This document shows, one piece after another, positions 22,547 through 38,462 of a DNA stretch of 64,000 bases. Source of the stretch: Oikopleura dioica (taxonomy: Eukaryota; Animalia; Chordata); assembly GCA_907165135.1 (NCBI GenBank), contig OU015567.1:1116001-1180000 (forward strand), given 5' to 3'. Positions within the stretch are counted from its first letter, which is position 1, and the number at the start of each line of letters is the position of its first letter. Below the pieces are notes generated by a model. It did no database searches. It was not told the origin of the DNA and saw only the letters and a list, made by a program, of their open reading frames with translations. The translations under genes were made by a program, and so were the position numbers.

Positions 22547-24990
22547 TCAGATGGCGTTTGAATTTCCGACTTTTTGAATGAGTTTTCCACAGCCTTGAAG
22601 GCATTCTAGAACTTGAGCTCTAGAACGAAATTCGCAAATATTCGTATAGGTTCCTAAAAAAGCATTGGCTATCATTTCAATTAATTTCGATCAACCTTCA
22701 AGATGGCGGACTCCTCCATTGAGCTGAAACTCCTTTCTTCCATGCAGCATCCGTCGGTTATTAAAAACTAAAACAACGACCCTTTTGACGAGATAGAACT
22801 TGTCATCCTACCAAGGCATTCTCCTGGCTCCAGTCTTCGAACCATACTCGTTTTTGACCCTTCTATTTCCTTCAAAAACCTTCTGTAGGCCTTCAAATAC
22901 TGATCCGTCATTGAGTTACTGTCAGAAACCCCCTCAAAACTAGGTGCCCAGTTCACCCTTAAAACTTTCTCCTCCTTGTTTTTTCATTAATTTTCTACCT
23001 GGAAATATCGCCACTGGAATCTAACACAATATGAGGTTGCTCCCACTCGAGGTAAACCGGGTTTTCGCGCTCCCAGTGAATTTTCTGGAATCGAACGGGA
23101 ACTGTCGACAAAATTTCGAAATCATCCGGGTAAGCTCGTTTTACATGCTCAGCGACTTCGAACGCGTCGATCAAAGTTGACTCGCCGCCTTGAGAAATTA
23201 TTTGTTCTGAATGATTTTGCGTCAGATTACCTTTTACAACATGATCGTTTCTCCTACAGAGCAGGTACTGAAGCCCAGGAGGACTTTCAAAGTAAACCAG
23301 ATCCATGTGCGGATCGAGGCCAGCGCTAGAATAGGCGATATTGTTCGGATTCGGCAAGCTGACGACGTCGAAGGTCAGCCCATAAACGCTAGGAATTGGC
23401 TCGGAAATCTTCCTAGCAACTTCAAGGACGCCATTTTTCATCGTTGAGCAATTCTTGACGATGCAATATCCATGGGTGGCGATTTTTGTGGTCAACTCGT
23501 ATTGTCCAGCTTCGTGGAGAGTTTTTGAAAAGTCGATTTCAGGCACCCAGTCGTTTGGGAATCGGTGGTAGGTCATGTTTGTCGAGCCATTTAAGCGGAG
23601 ATTTTCGTCTCTTTCGACAGTTTTTTGAGAATGCATAATTTCAATATTTATATATATATATAGCCAATAATTTATGGACTAATCTATCTGATCCCGTAAG
23701 TGGATGCCTTCGCCCTGAATCAGGGCCCCTGATCCTCAAATGATATTTGTACCTCGATACTCTAGATTCTAGAGTCTAGACCTGGGCGAGCAGCGCTGAG
23801 CGAAACTTCACCCGCTCGCCGTTTCTGTTAGAAATAAGATTTTTTGAAATTTCTTTTTGTAAATTTTATCTCCAAATCTTCAGCTTTCTGTTCCGATTCT
23901 TAGTTTTTCTCTATCATTTTTGGTTGATGAGCTAGCGAGAAAAAGAGAAGCCCAACTTCAAAAGGCATCAAGTCTTGCAAACTTTATTTTTTCTTCATGA
24001 AACTAGCACCATTGAAAAGCGCGTTAAATTCTGAACAGATTCCACCCAATCAGCTAAAGTAAATCGGTACTCATTGACGTTTAAGGTCAGATAAACAAGA
24101 TAACTTAGCGCCCGCCCAGCGGGAATCATGTCCAGGAAGCCCAAAATAGCTAAATCGGAGCGTCCAGCCGTGCCGCGACCAGCTGCGCGCGCTAAGCAGT
24201 TTTCTTTATCTGGCCTTACACGCCAATGAGTACCCATTTACTTTAGCTGATTGGGTGGAATCTATTCAGAATTTAACGCGCTTATCAATGGTGCTAGTTT
24301 CATGAAGAAAAAATAAAATTTGCAAGACTTGATGCCTTTTGAAGTTGGGCTCCTCTTTTTCTCGCTAGCTCATCAACCAAAAATGATAGAGAAAAACTAA
24401 GAATCGGAACAGAAAGCTGAATATTGGAAGATATAATTTACAAAAAGAAATTTCAAAAAATCTTATTTCTAATAGAAACGGCGAGCGGGTGAAGTTTCGC
24501 TCAGCGCTGCTCGCCCAGGTCCCTTCAGGGAGTCAATTTAAGGTCATTTTTGAAAATCGTTTTCCCAAAATTTTAGCAACATTTATGGTTTTTGTCAAAA
24601 AAGTTTTTGATCAAATAAAACTTTTCCTGAGATATTTTCTTAGCATCTCACCAGGAATCATCCCTTCGTGATCTTCTCCTTCGATTCGAAATTTGAAAAA
24701 GTCCCCTTCGAACGCCGCGTATTCTAGCTTTATTTCTTCGGGCCAGTCTGAGGGAGAAATTGTTTTCTGCCCCGATCCTTCTTGTTTGCAATCCGGGCAA
24801 TGGCAGTTAAAACTAAAATTTTATGTTAGAAACTTTTTGAGAGAGATTTTTTTTACCGCAGCCAGATGGCCGAAAAGTCAAAGTTTTCGATTTTTCCATT
24901 AATTTCTAGCGCCAGATTTGCGGAACTTGAAGAAAATGAGTCTACCCTTAGACATCTTTGAAATATATTCGAGCGTAATCTTCTCAGCAT
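22547..24990 (-). CDS. Gamma-butyrobetaine/trimethyllysine dioxygenase-like 2OG-Fe(II) enzyme
   Basis: N-domain WLR-FNCHCPDC...DHEG; catalytic NIAYSSAGLDPHMDLVYFESPPGLQYLLC, GGESTLIDAF, FNNRRMLHGR; Arg-rich N-terminus MLRRLRSNIFQRCLR. Confidence 0.88.
23779..24521. mobile_element. 743-bp foldback element with ~330-bp inverted arms, inside a dioxygenase intron
   Basis: GACCTGGGCGAGCAGCGCTGAGCGAAAC... matches ...GTTTCGCTCAGCGCTGCTCGCCCAGGTC; arms ~23779-24111 and ~24189-24521; no clear TSD. Confidence 0.85.
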
Positions 24991-25393
24991 TCTTTCCTTC
25001 TCGTTTATTTTTTCTTTACGATTTTGGCCGAAATCGTAAAAAAATCGAAAGGCGTTCACATTCTCATACGACCTTTGACCTCCTATGCAAATTCTCCGAG
25101 AAGATGTGTTTGCTCAAAGATTTTTCTTACGAAAAAATTGGATTTTCAATAATTTCTTATAACATAATTATAATCATTTTCGAGAAGCGTATGACCCCCA
25201 TCGAAACGCGTGGTGCGGAAAACGTGGCCCGAGACAATCATCGGACGCGGCCGTTCTGAACGCTCAAGCGTCTCCGCGGACTTACGATATCAAATGTCGT
25301 CCATCGTGACGAAGGGCACGTTCTGCGTGCGAAAGAAATTTTTCATCTTTGGTCAAAAAGAAATTAACATTTAAGATTTGAAGGTCTATTTGA

Positions 25394-26640
25394 CTATCTT
25401 TTGCAGGAGATAAGATTCAGAGCTGAAACACGAGCGAGTAGTTTTTCGATGAGGACGGTTTTTTCATCCTTTTCAAATACCTTCAATGCTGTTATCGACT
25501 GAATTTTTAAGATGAATTACCTCAGACTGTGATAAAAGTCGCTGCTCCTTCATTTTCAATTTTATCCCAAGTTTCTGAAGCGCCAGATGAAATCTTCTTG
25601 AATCAAGTTTTCCTCGCTTCAACTTGTCAAAACCGTGAAAAATTCTTCGAACAAGCATTTGATCTGCTAAAGCCAATTCTGTGATGATTTTCGATGCAAC
25701 CTCTTCAGGAGAACTCTGCCCCCTCGTCTCAAGATCAATCGAGGTACAAGTTGAGCCCGGGTTGATATGGTTGCTTAGCTTTTTCCAGACGATATTTGTC
25801 CTAGAAAAATTTGAAGTCCTTATTTGAAAAACCTGAAAACCTCGAAATTCGCTGCCCATCGCTCAAGAAATCCCAAAGCTCATCGAAATCTTTGTCACCG
25901 AAATAGATCCCAAATTTCTCCAACAAAAACTTTCTCAGCGAACTTTTCTCTATCACTTCATCCACAAATTCATTCTCGAGCAGCTCTCTGAATTTCCCCC
26001 AATTTCTGCTCAAAAAAGAAAGCGCTCGATCTTTCGTCCACGAATCTTCGTCCGAAATGATAAAAGTGTGATCCCGTTTCAGCCATCGTGGCATTCCAAG
26101 TTCGACAGTTCGTGATTTTATGAAACCGGCGAGGTCGGAAAAATGAAGAAATTGGCGAACACCGTTTGTGAGGAGATAACTGAAGGACTTGACTTGTTGG
26201 TCCCCGATTGTTGGAGGTAAAGTTGCGTGGCTCTTTGGCTTGAAAATCGATGTTGACACCCTTAAGAAAAAAAATTGAAGCCGTTCCTAGCTAAAAGCTT
26301 GTGAAATGTCCTGCAGCTAATTCCCTTGTTGTCTTTATCCGCAGCTTTCCAGGAGTTTTTCAGATCTTCAAGCTAAAAATTCTCTCCCGCGCCATTCCTT
26401 TCATGAAACCTTACTTTTTGGCCGTGAAATTCCCTGAGAATCAATTCCGTGAGCTCTGAAAAGTCCGTCATCTCGTCGACACCCTCTGATTTTAGCGGAG
26501 AAACCGTCGCGAATAGAGCTCCTGGATAATCTCTTTCACAAAGTTCTCAATGGAAAAATGGAGAAATCAGTGGTGAAATGGAGAACCTTGCTTATTCCTT
26601 GATTTGAGTCTGTGGTCAATTTTCTCAAGCCAACTTTTGC
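25394..26640 (-). CDS. Degenerate multi-EF-hand protein (EFCAB-like); ends uncertain
   Basis: Spliceable segments LEDLKNSWKAADKDNKG, FGDKDFDELWDFLSDG, RRIFHGFDKLKRGKLDSRRFHLALQKLGIKL. Confidence 0.55.
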
Positions 26641-27868
26641 CGACCACTGACGAACTCTATTTTTCACCTTTTTCCAGATTTTTGAAGACATGATTTTTAA
26701 TTTAAAAAGTTTTCAAAATGCGGAAATTCAAATAGAAAGATAAACGGAGAAGATTTCAAGAGCACTTCATCTTCAAGATTAATTCTTCCAATTTTTGTAT
26801 CGACAGAATTTTCCCAAGAAGATATTTTTTCATTGCGTTTTTGGCAAATTAAACAGAGTCTGAACTTCTTTGTCAGTTTTGGCACCCTGACAGATGTTGA
26901 AATTTTTCCACTCTATTGAGTCATTATCGCCTCTGGGCCTCGCGTCACGTGGAAATTTTTCTCGAGAGGCTTACGACTGCGCATTTCGTTTTGTCAACTT
27001 ATTTTTGGAAAATTTTCGAATTTTTCAAAATGAAGGCATTCTAGAGATTTCAAAAGGGCTTTTTTAAAAAGGGTCAAGATGGCGTTTGCTTTTGCATTGG
27101 AAGAAAGACTTCAACGAATAAGATCTAATTCTATAAGGTAAGAAAAACAACAAGAAATTTTCTGAAATTTTGAGCCGCATGCGGCTTCTTGAGCAAAAAA
27201 TTGATCATATTTTTTAAGCCGCAAGCGGCTTCGAGTTATTTATCCGGTTTAAAATAGGTTTTTTCTAGAACATCGTTGATTTTGAATGGAAATTTCCACT
27301 ACGGCGATGTCGCCAGAGAGCAAAATCTAACCGCCAACTTTTTTGCGCGCGCTGTTTAAAAACTCACTGTGAGAGAGTTGCAGCAGATCATCATATCTTC
27401 AGCATTTTTTGCCTCAGGTTTATTTCTGATGAGCGCAAATCTACATAATTGACCCAAAGTGCGTAATATTACCGTATGATTGTACAGTCACTCTCTCCCG
27501 GAAAATTGCCCGCGAGTTTTTCTGGAAAAAACCGGTTCTCAGATCTCGAGCGACGCTCTTTTTCCGGGAACGGGTGGTTATAAAAGCTCGTTTTCGGATC
27601 TAAAAATTATAACTTAAATATTTATTTAAAAGAAATATTATTTAAATCAACCAAAAAGTCATCTCCAAACGGTTATTTCTTGTGAAAAAACAAACTACTA
27701 ACAATTTTTTTAGTTTCAAAAAGAAGAGGATTCGTATAGACTAGCATCAACTCAACTCAGAAAAAACGACCAACAAAACAGAATCAACAAGAACCAACGA
27801 AAAAAGCAACATTCAAACACGAAAGGATCAAAAACAACAATAGATCGAATCAAACAAAAATTGGAATA

Positions 27869-28503
27869 ATGGCGAAAATAGCGATAATTCTTGCTCTTCT
27901 GAGCGGAATTCTTGGCTCTCCCCATTCTCGAGGGAGAACTGTTTGTGACAGAAAAAAATCAGAAATAATCAGAGGAATCAAGCGAAAAGACAAAGAGGTA
28001 GGGTATCCTTAATCAACTCGATTCTTAAATTTGGCGCTAGACCTTGAGCAACTTCAAAATCAACGAAATTGGCGAGCCAGAGCGAATTTGCGGCGACGGA
28101 TACGAGCTAACAAAGGATGTATTCTTCTGCTTGGACGTATGTCTCCTCAAAACAGGAGATACTTGCTCGAAAGAAGTCGAAGCTGGAGTAGATTTATGCG
28201 GAAGAGATAGGGATGGGAACGAGTTGGAATGTGCTGGAGACGATTTTCGACCAGACTTGCCGTTTACTTGTCAACCAATGGTTTTATACGACGGTAATTC
28301 CTTGAGATAACAAGTCTAGGGTCGGAAACCTTAAAAGAAAACCTGAGTCAGGGTCTGACAAGTCTCTATGGGAAGCCGTTTTGAGGCCCTTACTCAGGTT
28401 TTCTTCTCAGGTGGCCGAGGTCTGAGAGAAGACAAAAGGGTTAATTTTATTTTCAGGTTCTATCTTCGACTCTTCATTCTCATCCGTTTACTTTTCCTAC
28501 TAA
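27869..28503 (+). CDS. Small secreted Cys-rich protein resembling an IGFBP N-terminal (IB) domain
   Basis: MAKIAIILALLSGILG signal; CGDG...CLDVCLLKTGDTC...CGR...LECAG...TCQP; 3 exons; TATAAAA at 27579. Confidence 0.65.
28316..28424. mobile_element. Short copy of the CTGAGTCAGG TIR family, intronic
   Basis: CTAGGGTCGGAAACCTTAAAAGAAAACCTGAGTCAGGG ... CCCTTACTCAGGTTTTCTTCTCAGGTGGCCGAG. Confidence 0.6.
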
Positions 28504-28682
28504 AAAGAAAATGGCTGCATGAAATAATTATTTATGAATTTGCTTCCTGCGAAAATTTCAAAATTTGAAAGTCAAAATGTAGTTTTTAAAATTATTTTAT
28601 GTTTTACTATCTTACTGTATCTAGATCTGGTGTGATTGAAATATATGCGACTGGTGGTTTGCTTTTTTATATAAAAAAAACT

Positions 28683-30390
28683 CTAGTTTTGAAGTTTCTT
28701 TTTTGAGCTGTGAAAAAAGGGCAGGCAGGACGAACTGTAGTTTTCTTCGTTGATTTCAGCGATGATTTGGATGTTATTGTAATTTTCATTCTTTCCGTCG
28801 ATCAGACGATCGATCAAGACATTTGAGCTCCATGAGCTGAAGCAAGAATAGATGAAGATGTCAGAAAGTCGGGCGAGTTCCTGCTCGATTTGAGAGAAGT
28901 AATCGTCAAAATTCCCGCAAAAATCGGGACAGGAAAAGACCGTTTTCTTGACAAATGTCTCGAGCGAAGATGCTTTAACAAATTCAACGCCACGAAGTCC
29001 AGCTGTTATTTTCTTGATGAATGGCCAATCGTTTCGAGGAGAAGCGAAATATATGTATTCGATCGCATTTTCTTCAGAAATCATCGACAGTCTTTTCGCT
29101 AGAAGCCGCGGATCGTTCCGAATCTGATCGATGAATTTCATCGAAGAATTCTTCTTATCGTGGACTCCAGGGTTGTTGAGATAGTCCCACTTGTCATATC
29201 GCCAGTGAAATAGAAGAGTTTTTCCGGGCATGGTTTTTCGCATGAAATCCTGAGCGATTTGCCGAATAAATTTTGGGCGGCGGGTTTGGGAGATTATTTC
29301 GACGATTTTTTCGTATGAATGATCTTTTCGGGCTCTTTGATGAATCTCAAAGTAAAAGAAATCTTTTGTGAGCCCATGTCCTTATTGTTTCCACTAAGGA
29401 AGTTGACAATTTTTACGGGGCTGATTGAACCCCAAGGATTTTCCAGCAAAACGCAATTTTCATCCGTGTCGTAAAGCTCTTGGATAATTGTTTCATTGAT
29501 CGCATCGACAACTGGAAGTTGTTTCGGGATAATATTGTCCGTTAGGTTCATAAACAGCCCTGAAAAGAAGGGCTCGTTACAACGCTTATCTTCAATAGCC
29601 TTCAATTGAACATGATTTTATCATTGAAACTTATAAGGGCATGTTCATTGATAATTGTCAAAAATTTTCCAGCCCTTCGATCAGTTGTTTTTTGCATCTT
29701 TAAATAATTACTCGGTCTCGTTCGGAAAATTAAAGACTGAATTTCTCAAAGAAAATACAGTTTTCTGGTCTTTCTCGCTCACCATAGTAGGATGCAAGAT
29801 TTGCCCATTCTAGAATTTTCGTTTTCTTCTTTTTCTCATACCCGTAGCTTTTCGTGAAGAGCATCGTCCGGACAGACCCGCCACAGAAATCACCAACTAC
29901 TGATGCCTCTTACTTTGTTCTCAAAAATAAGTGTTTCCTTTCTCATTTCATTATCTAAGATCTAAGATAATTTATCTTGAAGAACTTTCCCTATCATCTC
30001 AAATTTCTGCAGAAAGAACTCAACATCAAAACGAGCATCAGGCCTCAGGTCATTTGCTCCTTTTTGGGTGAAGTGAGGATGAAAAACCGGTTCAGCAATT
30101 TTTCTCCCCAAAGAACTCGCGATGAACACTGCTTCAAGAAAAGCCTGCAGTTGATTGTTTGGTCCCCAGTCGAGAATAGGAATTAATATCTTGTCGTTTT
30201 CTTTAGGCATTGATAACTTTGATGGTTCTCCGCAAAATTGGTCATTTTCATCGAACGAAAAATTGTCCAAAATCACTTTCTGTTGATTCCAAAAAATGAA
30301 TAAAATCGTAAGGGAAAAGATTATTAGATAAATTGAACATCTTGAAAAGAAATCTCTCATCGAATCTGTGGCCAATGAATAAATATCCAT
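28683..30390 (-). CDS. Type II Golgi glycosyltransferase, O-fucosyltransferase-like family
   Basis: N-terminal TM; WGPNNQLQAFLEAVFIASSLGRKIAEP; LFHWRYD; YIYFASP; CFSSWS. Confidence 0.75.
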
Positions 30391-30718
30391 CAGGAAACGA
30401 CAGCTTATGCAATGAACTTTTGACCAATTCCCGAATTTCTAATCAGCCGGAACTCTTATTGACGCTCAAGTATTACAAGAATTAAGTGAGGACGAGAGTA
30501 CTTGATCATTATTCGTTGTTCATTGAAGATTCATCATTTGAAATCATCATTTTTTAGGAATTTTTTTATCAAAAAGTGCGATTTAACCTTCCCCGAGTTT
30601 GTGCCGCAAAATTTTTGCAAATCTTGATAAATACACCGGAAATGAATTAAACAGGAAATTAATTTCGTGAAATATCACCATTTAACCAAGCTCAGAAAAG
30701 ATATTGTTCAAAGCGAAA

Positions 30719-31705
30719 ATGCCGGAAAAACTCACTTTTACAATACCAAGGATTGATTTTCAGCTCCTCAAAAACAGAGATGAAGAGACGACCAAAGCTT
30801 TTCTAGCGGCTATCACAGATGTTGGCTTCTTCTTCGTCAAAAATCACGACGTCCCGAAAGATCTAAGCGATAGATTGGAGCATCTTTCTGAGAATTTTTA
30901 CAACACAACATCGGAAGAAAGGAACAAAGTAAAGGAGTTTGACGGGAAGTTGAAGACCGAGGGCTCTGTTTTCAATGAGAAACCATTTCTGAATTCACCA
31001 TTAGTAGATTTACAGTATATCATATACTGCAGAAAACTTTTATTCATCATCTTTTTCAGGAACGATGGATCAATCGAACTGAACGGTAGCGAAATCGACA
31101 ATGTCTTCCACGATTATTTCGATGAGATTTGCACTTTGGGTCTCTTTCTACTTGAGAAATGCGAAGAGGTTCTTGATCTACCTACCGGTTCTTTGTTGAA
31201 TGAAATTGATCCGAAAAGGGCGATTATGGATGCTCTTTTCAACGAGAAAACTCCAGTTGACAAGTTGGGCATTGATGCTCACCGGGATAACTCAATGATA
31301 ACGATTCTAAAGGGGGCTGGCGGGGATTTGGATATATATTTCAGGGTTGCAAATTTTACGAGTTTTTTTTCTGACTCAAACCTTGAAGCAAATTTGCAAC
31401 TCTGATTTAGTACAAAGACGTCTGGTATCCAGTAGAAGAGGAAATTGAAGGCTGCCTTTCTGTCAATATTGGAAAGATGATGGAAAATCTTTTGGACGGA
31501 AAAGTTAAAGGTGACCTTTTGTTTCCCGAAGTCGAAACTGACAATATAAACTTCAGCCGTCCTTCATCGAGTGAAGCCAAGTCCCGATCACACTCGCTAT
31601 TGCTGGCCTGTTTTTCTAGGGCCTGATCAAAATCGCCGCACAACCACTGTCGTCAGATTTCTCCGGTTCACTCACCGGGGAGTTTACAACCAAGAAGATC
31701 ATTGA
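30719..31705 (+). CDS. 2OG-Fe(II) oxygenase, IPNS/flavonol-synthase-like
   Basis: IPRIDF, VGFFFVKNHDVP, AHRDNSMITIL (HxD), KAVLHRV, RYCWPVF. Confidence 0.85.
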
Positions 31706-32107
31706 AAAGAAAAAAGCTTTGAAATAAACTCTTATTAGAAAAAAATCATGAAAATGTTCAAGAGAGTTCAAGTGTTATTAGTCATTATTAAGTTTCAACT
31801 TGTAATAAATCAAAAATGATTCTTTCGCGCAATTTCAGCAAATTGGGGTTTCGGGAAAATTGGGCCTTTTTAGCTCTTTTTTCTGGATCGAGCGTCGCGT
31901 AGGGCGCTCTCCTCCAATCAGCGCGCTTTATCGAATAGTTGCTCCAAGATCTGCAGAAGAGAACGAACGGCGAAGCTCCTCAAATTTATCTGCCATCTCC
32001 TTAGTCTCTTTCTAGAGCCCTCACTATTTCAGTTTGATTTGCATTCCTTCTTTACTCCGAAAGAGAAATCGACAAATTTGTACTTTTAGAAATTAATTTG
32101 AGCTGAA

Positions 32108-36536
<4,429 letters not shown>

Positions 36537-36694
36537 GAAAACGCAACGAGAAGAAACAAGATGAAAAAGAATCTTTCCCCGCCGCTGACTGTTTTTTATG
36601 AAATTTCATTGTCCGATTTCTCCCAATCTCAGAAATATTCTATTTTATTGTCCTCTTTTTTCCGAATTTCACGAATCTGTTGGATTCTACTGTG

Positions 36695-36761
36695 CTTGGC
36701 TCGGCAACCTGTTTGAAAACCTCAGTCAGTCTCAGGTTTCTGAACAGTTTGCTGAGCCAAG
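36695..36761. mobile_element. Minimal 67-bp palindromic copy of the same TIR family
   Basis: CTTGGCTCGGCAACCTGTTTGAAAACCT...CTCAGGTTTCTGAACAGTTTGCTGAGCCAAG. Confidence 0.6.
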
Positions 36762-38462
36762 CCACCGTGAAAAGCATGTATCTTCATTTTTTTTGATTTC
36801 AAGTTCAAAAATTTTAATTGACTGTTCCATTTCAAATTTCAACCCAAATAAATTCAAATTCGTTGTTTCCTGATATCTTGAATTTGTATTTAGATTCTTC
36901 GATATTATTCAAAGTCGAGTTCTTTTTTGACTCCGACAAGCGTAAAAAACGAGAACGAATAAATAGAGATTGTAGATTTGTGCAAATTGTTAGCGGGGGT
37001 GAGATTTGAATAATTTTTGTCGTCAAGATTTGTGGGGTGGGATTTGAACTGACATCAATTCTCAGGTGTACTCCACGTTTAGGGGTATATTATTCGCCAT
37101 TCAAGCACATTATTCTTTTGAGAAGACGAGCTCTTTTCCTTCCAAGGAAGAAGCAAGTGCTTCTTTTTCGAAGCTTGTTGCAAAGGCTATGCTGCATTTG
37201 CATCATCGCTTTAGCGTAATTCATTTGCTTTGCCATTTTTTGTGAGTCTTGAGTAGAAGTCATTTGTGTAAACCTGAGTGAGAACCTTATTCAAAAGCCG
37301 TGTCACGCGTTTTCGAAAACCAAATTGCGAAACAGCTTCGAGTCATTACCGTTTCCATCTATTCGCTGTAACTAGAAAATCCTGACTCAGTTTTTCTACC
37401 TCTTTTGCTGAGCCTAGGATCAAATTTTCTTTCGCTGTCTATTGTTACTAGACTAGAGTCGTCAGACTGTCGACGTCAGAATATTCCGCCTCCAAGATTC
37501 TTTCTTTCTTTCTTTTGATTTTGAAAAGTAATGAATGCGTTCCAGTTGAACTCGAAAGAATATGCCGTCAAGGCCGTTGAAATAAAATGACGCCCTCTCG
37601 TTCTTCTTTTTGGCTGATTCTTTATCTTCCGGCCATTTGTAGAGCTGGCAAATTTGCGCGTTCAAAAATGATCTTGCTCGGCAAACACGCTTCTTTAAAC
37701 GTCGCGCAAACTCTCGGTCGTCCCGGAACAACGCTTGAGCCTCTGAGAAACATATTTTGGGCATTTTTACGAGGAAAATTCGAAAAACAGATACGGTTTC
37801 TTCTTCTTTTTAACGCCTTAGATACAGCTGAAGTTTAACTTTTTCACAGAAGAAAACGACTCTTTGCTTTTACGAAAATACCGGTAAGCAAAATGTTATT
37901 AATAATTTATTTATAATCATAAAAGATGATATCTTGAGACAAAAAAGGAAGACCGGGAGTTTATTTCTGTCGTTTAGAAAATTTAATTGATAAAGGATGA
38001 TTTAGACGATCCTATTGTTTTCTGCTCTAAAATTAGATTACTGAAGTATATTTAACAACAAGTTCCTATGTTAACTTTCATTTTTTATCAATTGTTCTTT
38101 TTTTCATTTCATTTTGATTAAAATTTTCCGCGAATTCGCCTGTTTTCTACCTCGCAAGCGCTTGGTGTCGGCACTAGAAACTTTGGTGAGTCATTGTTAA
38201 CTGGCGAACAGTCTGACCTGGTGGTGGAGCCCTGATCCTGTGGCAGGGCGGTAGCACCACCACAATTTCAAACCGTCATATTCTTGGGTTCAAATTCGCA
38301 GTTTGTCCCTTAGCGCCACTTTTTTCAACTAAAGTCAGCCAAAGAAAGTCAAGCTTTTTTCAACTTTCAGGTTTCTCAAACAACCCGAAACTCAACCAGA
38401 AACAGCCGTTTTCGTATTTACGAGCAAAAAGAGAATTTTTCGTTTCCTGAAAATCAACGAAA

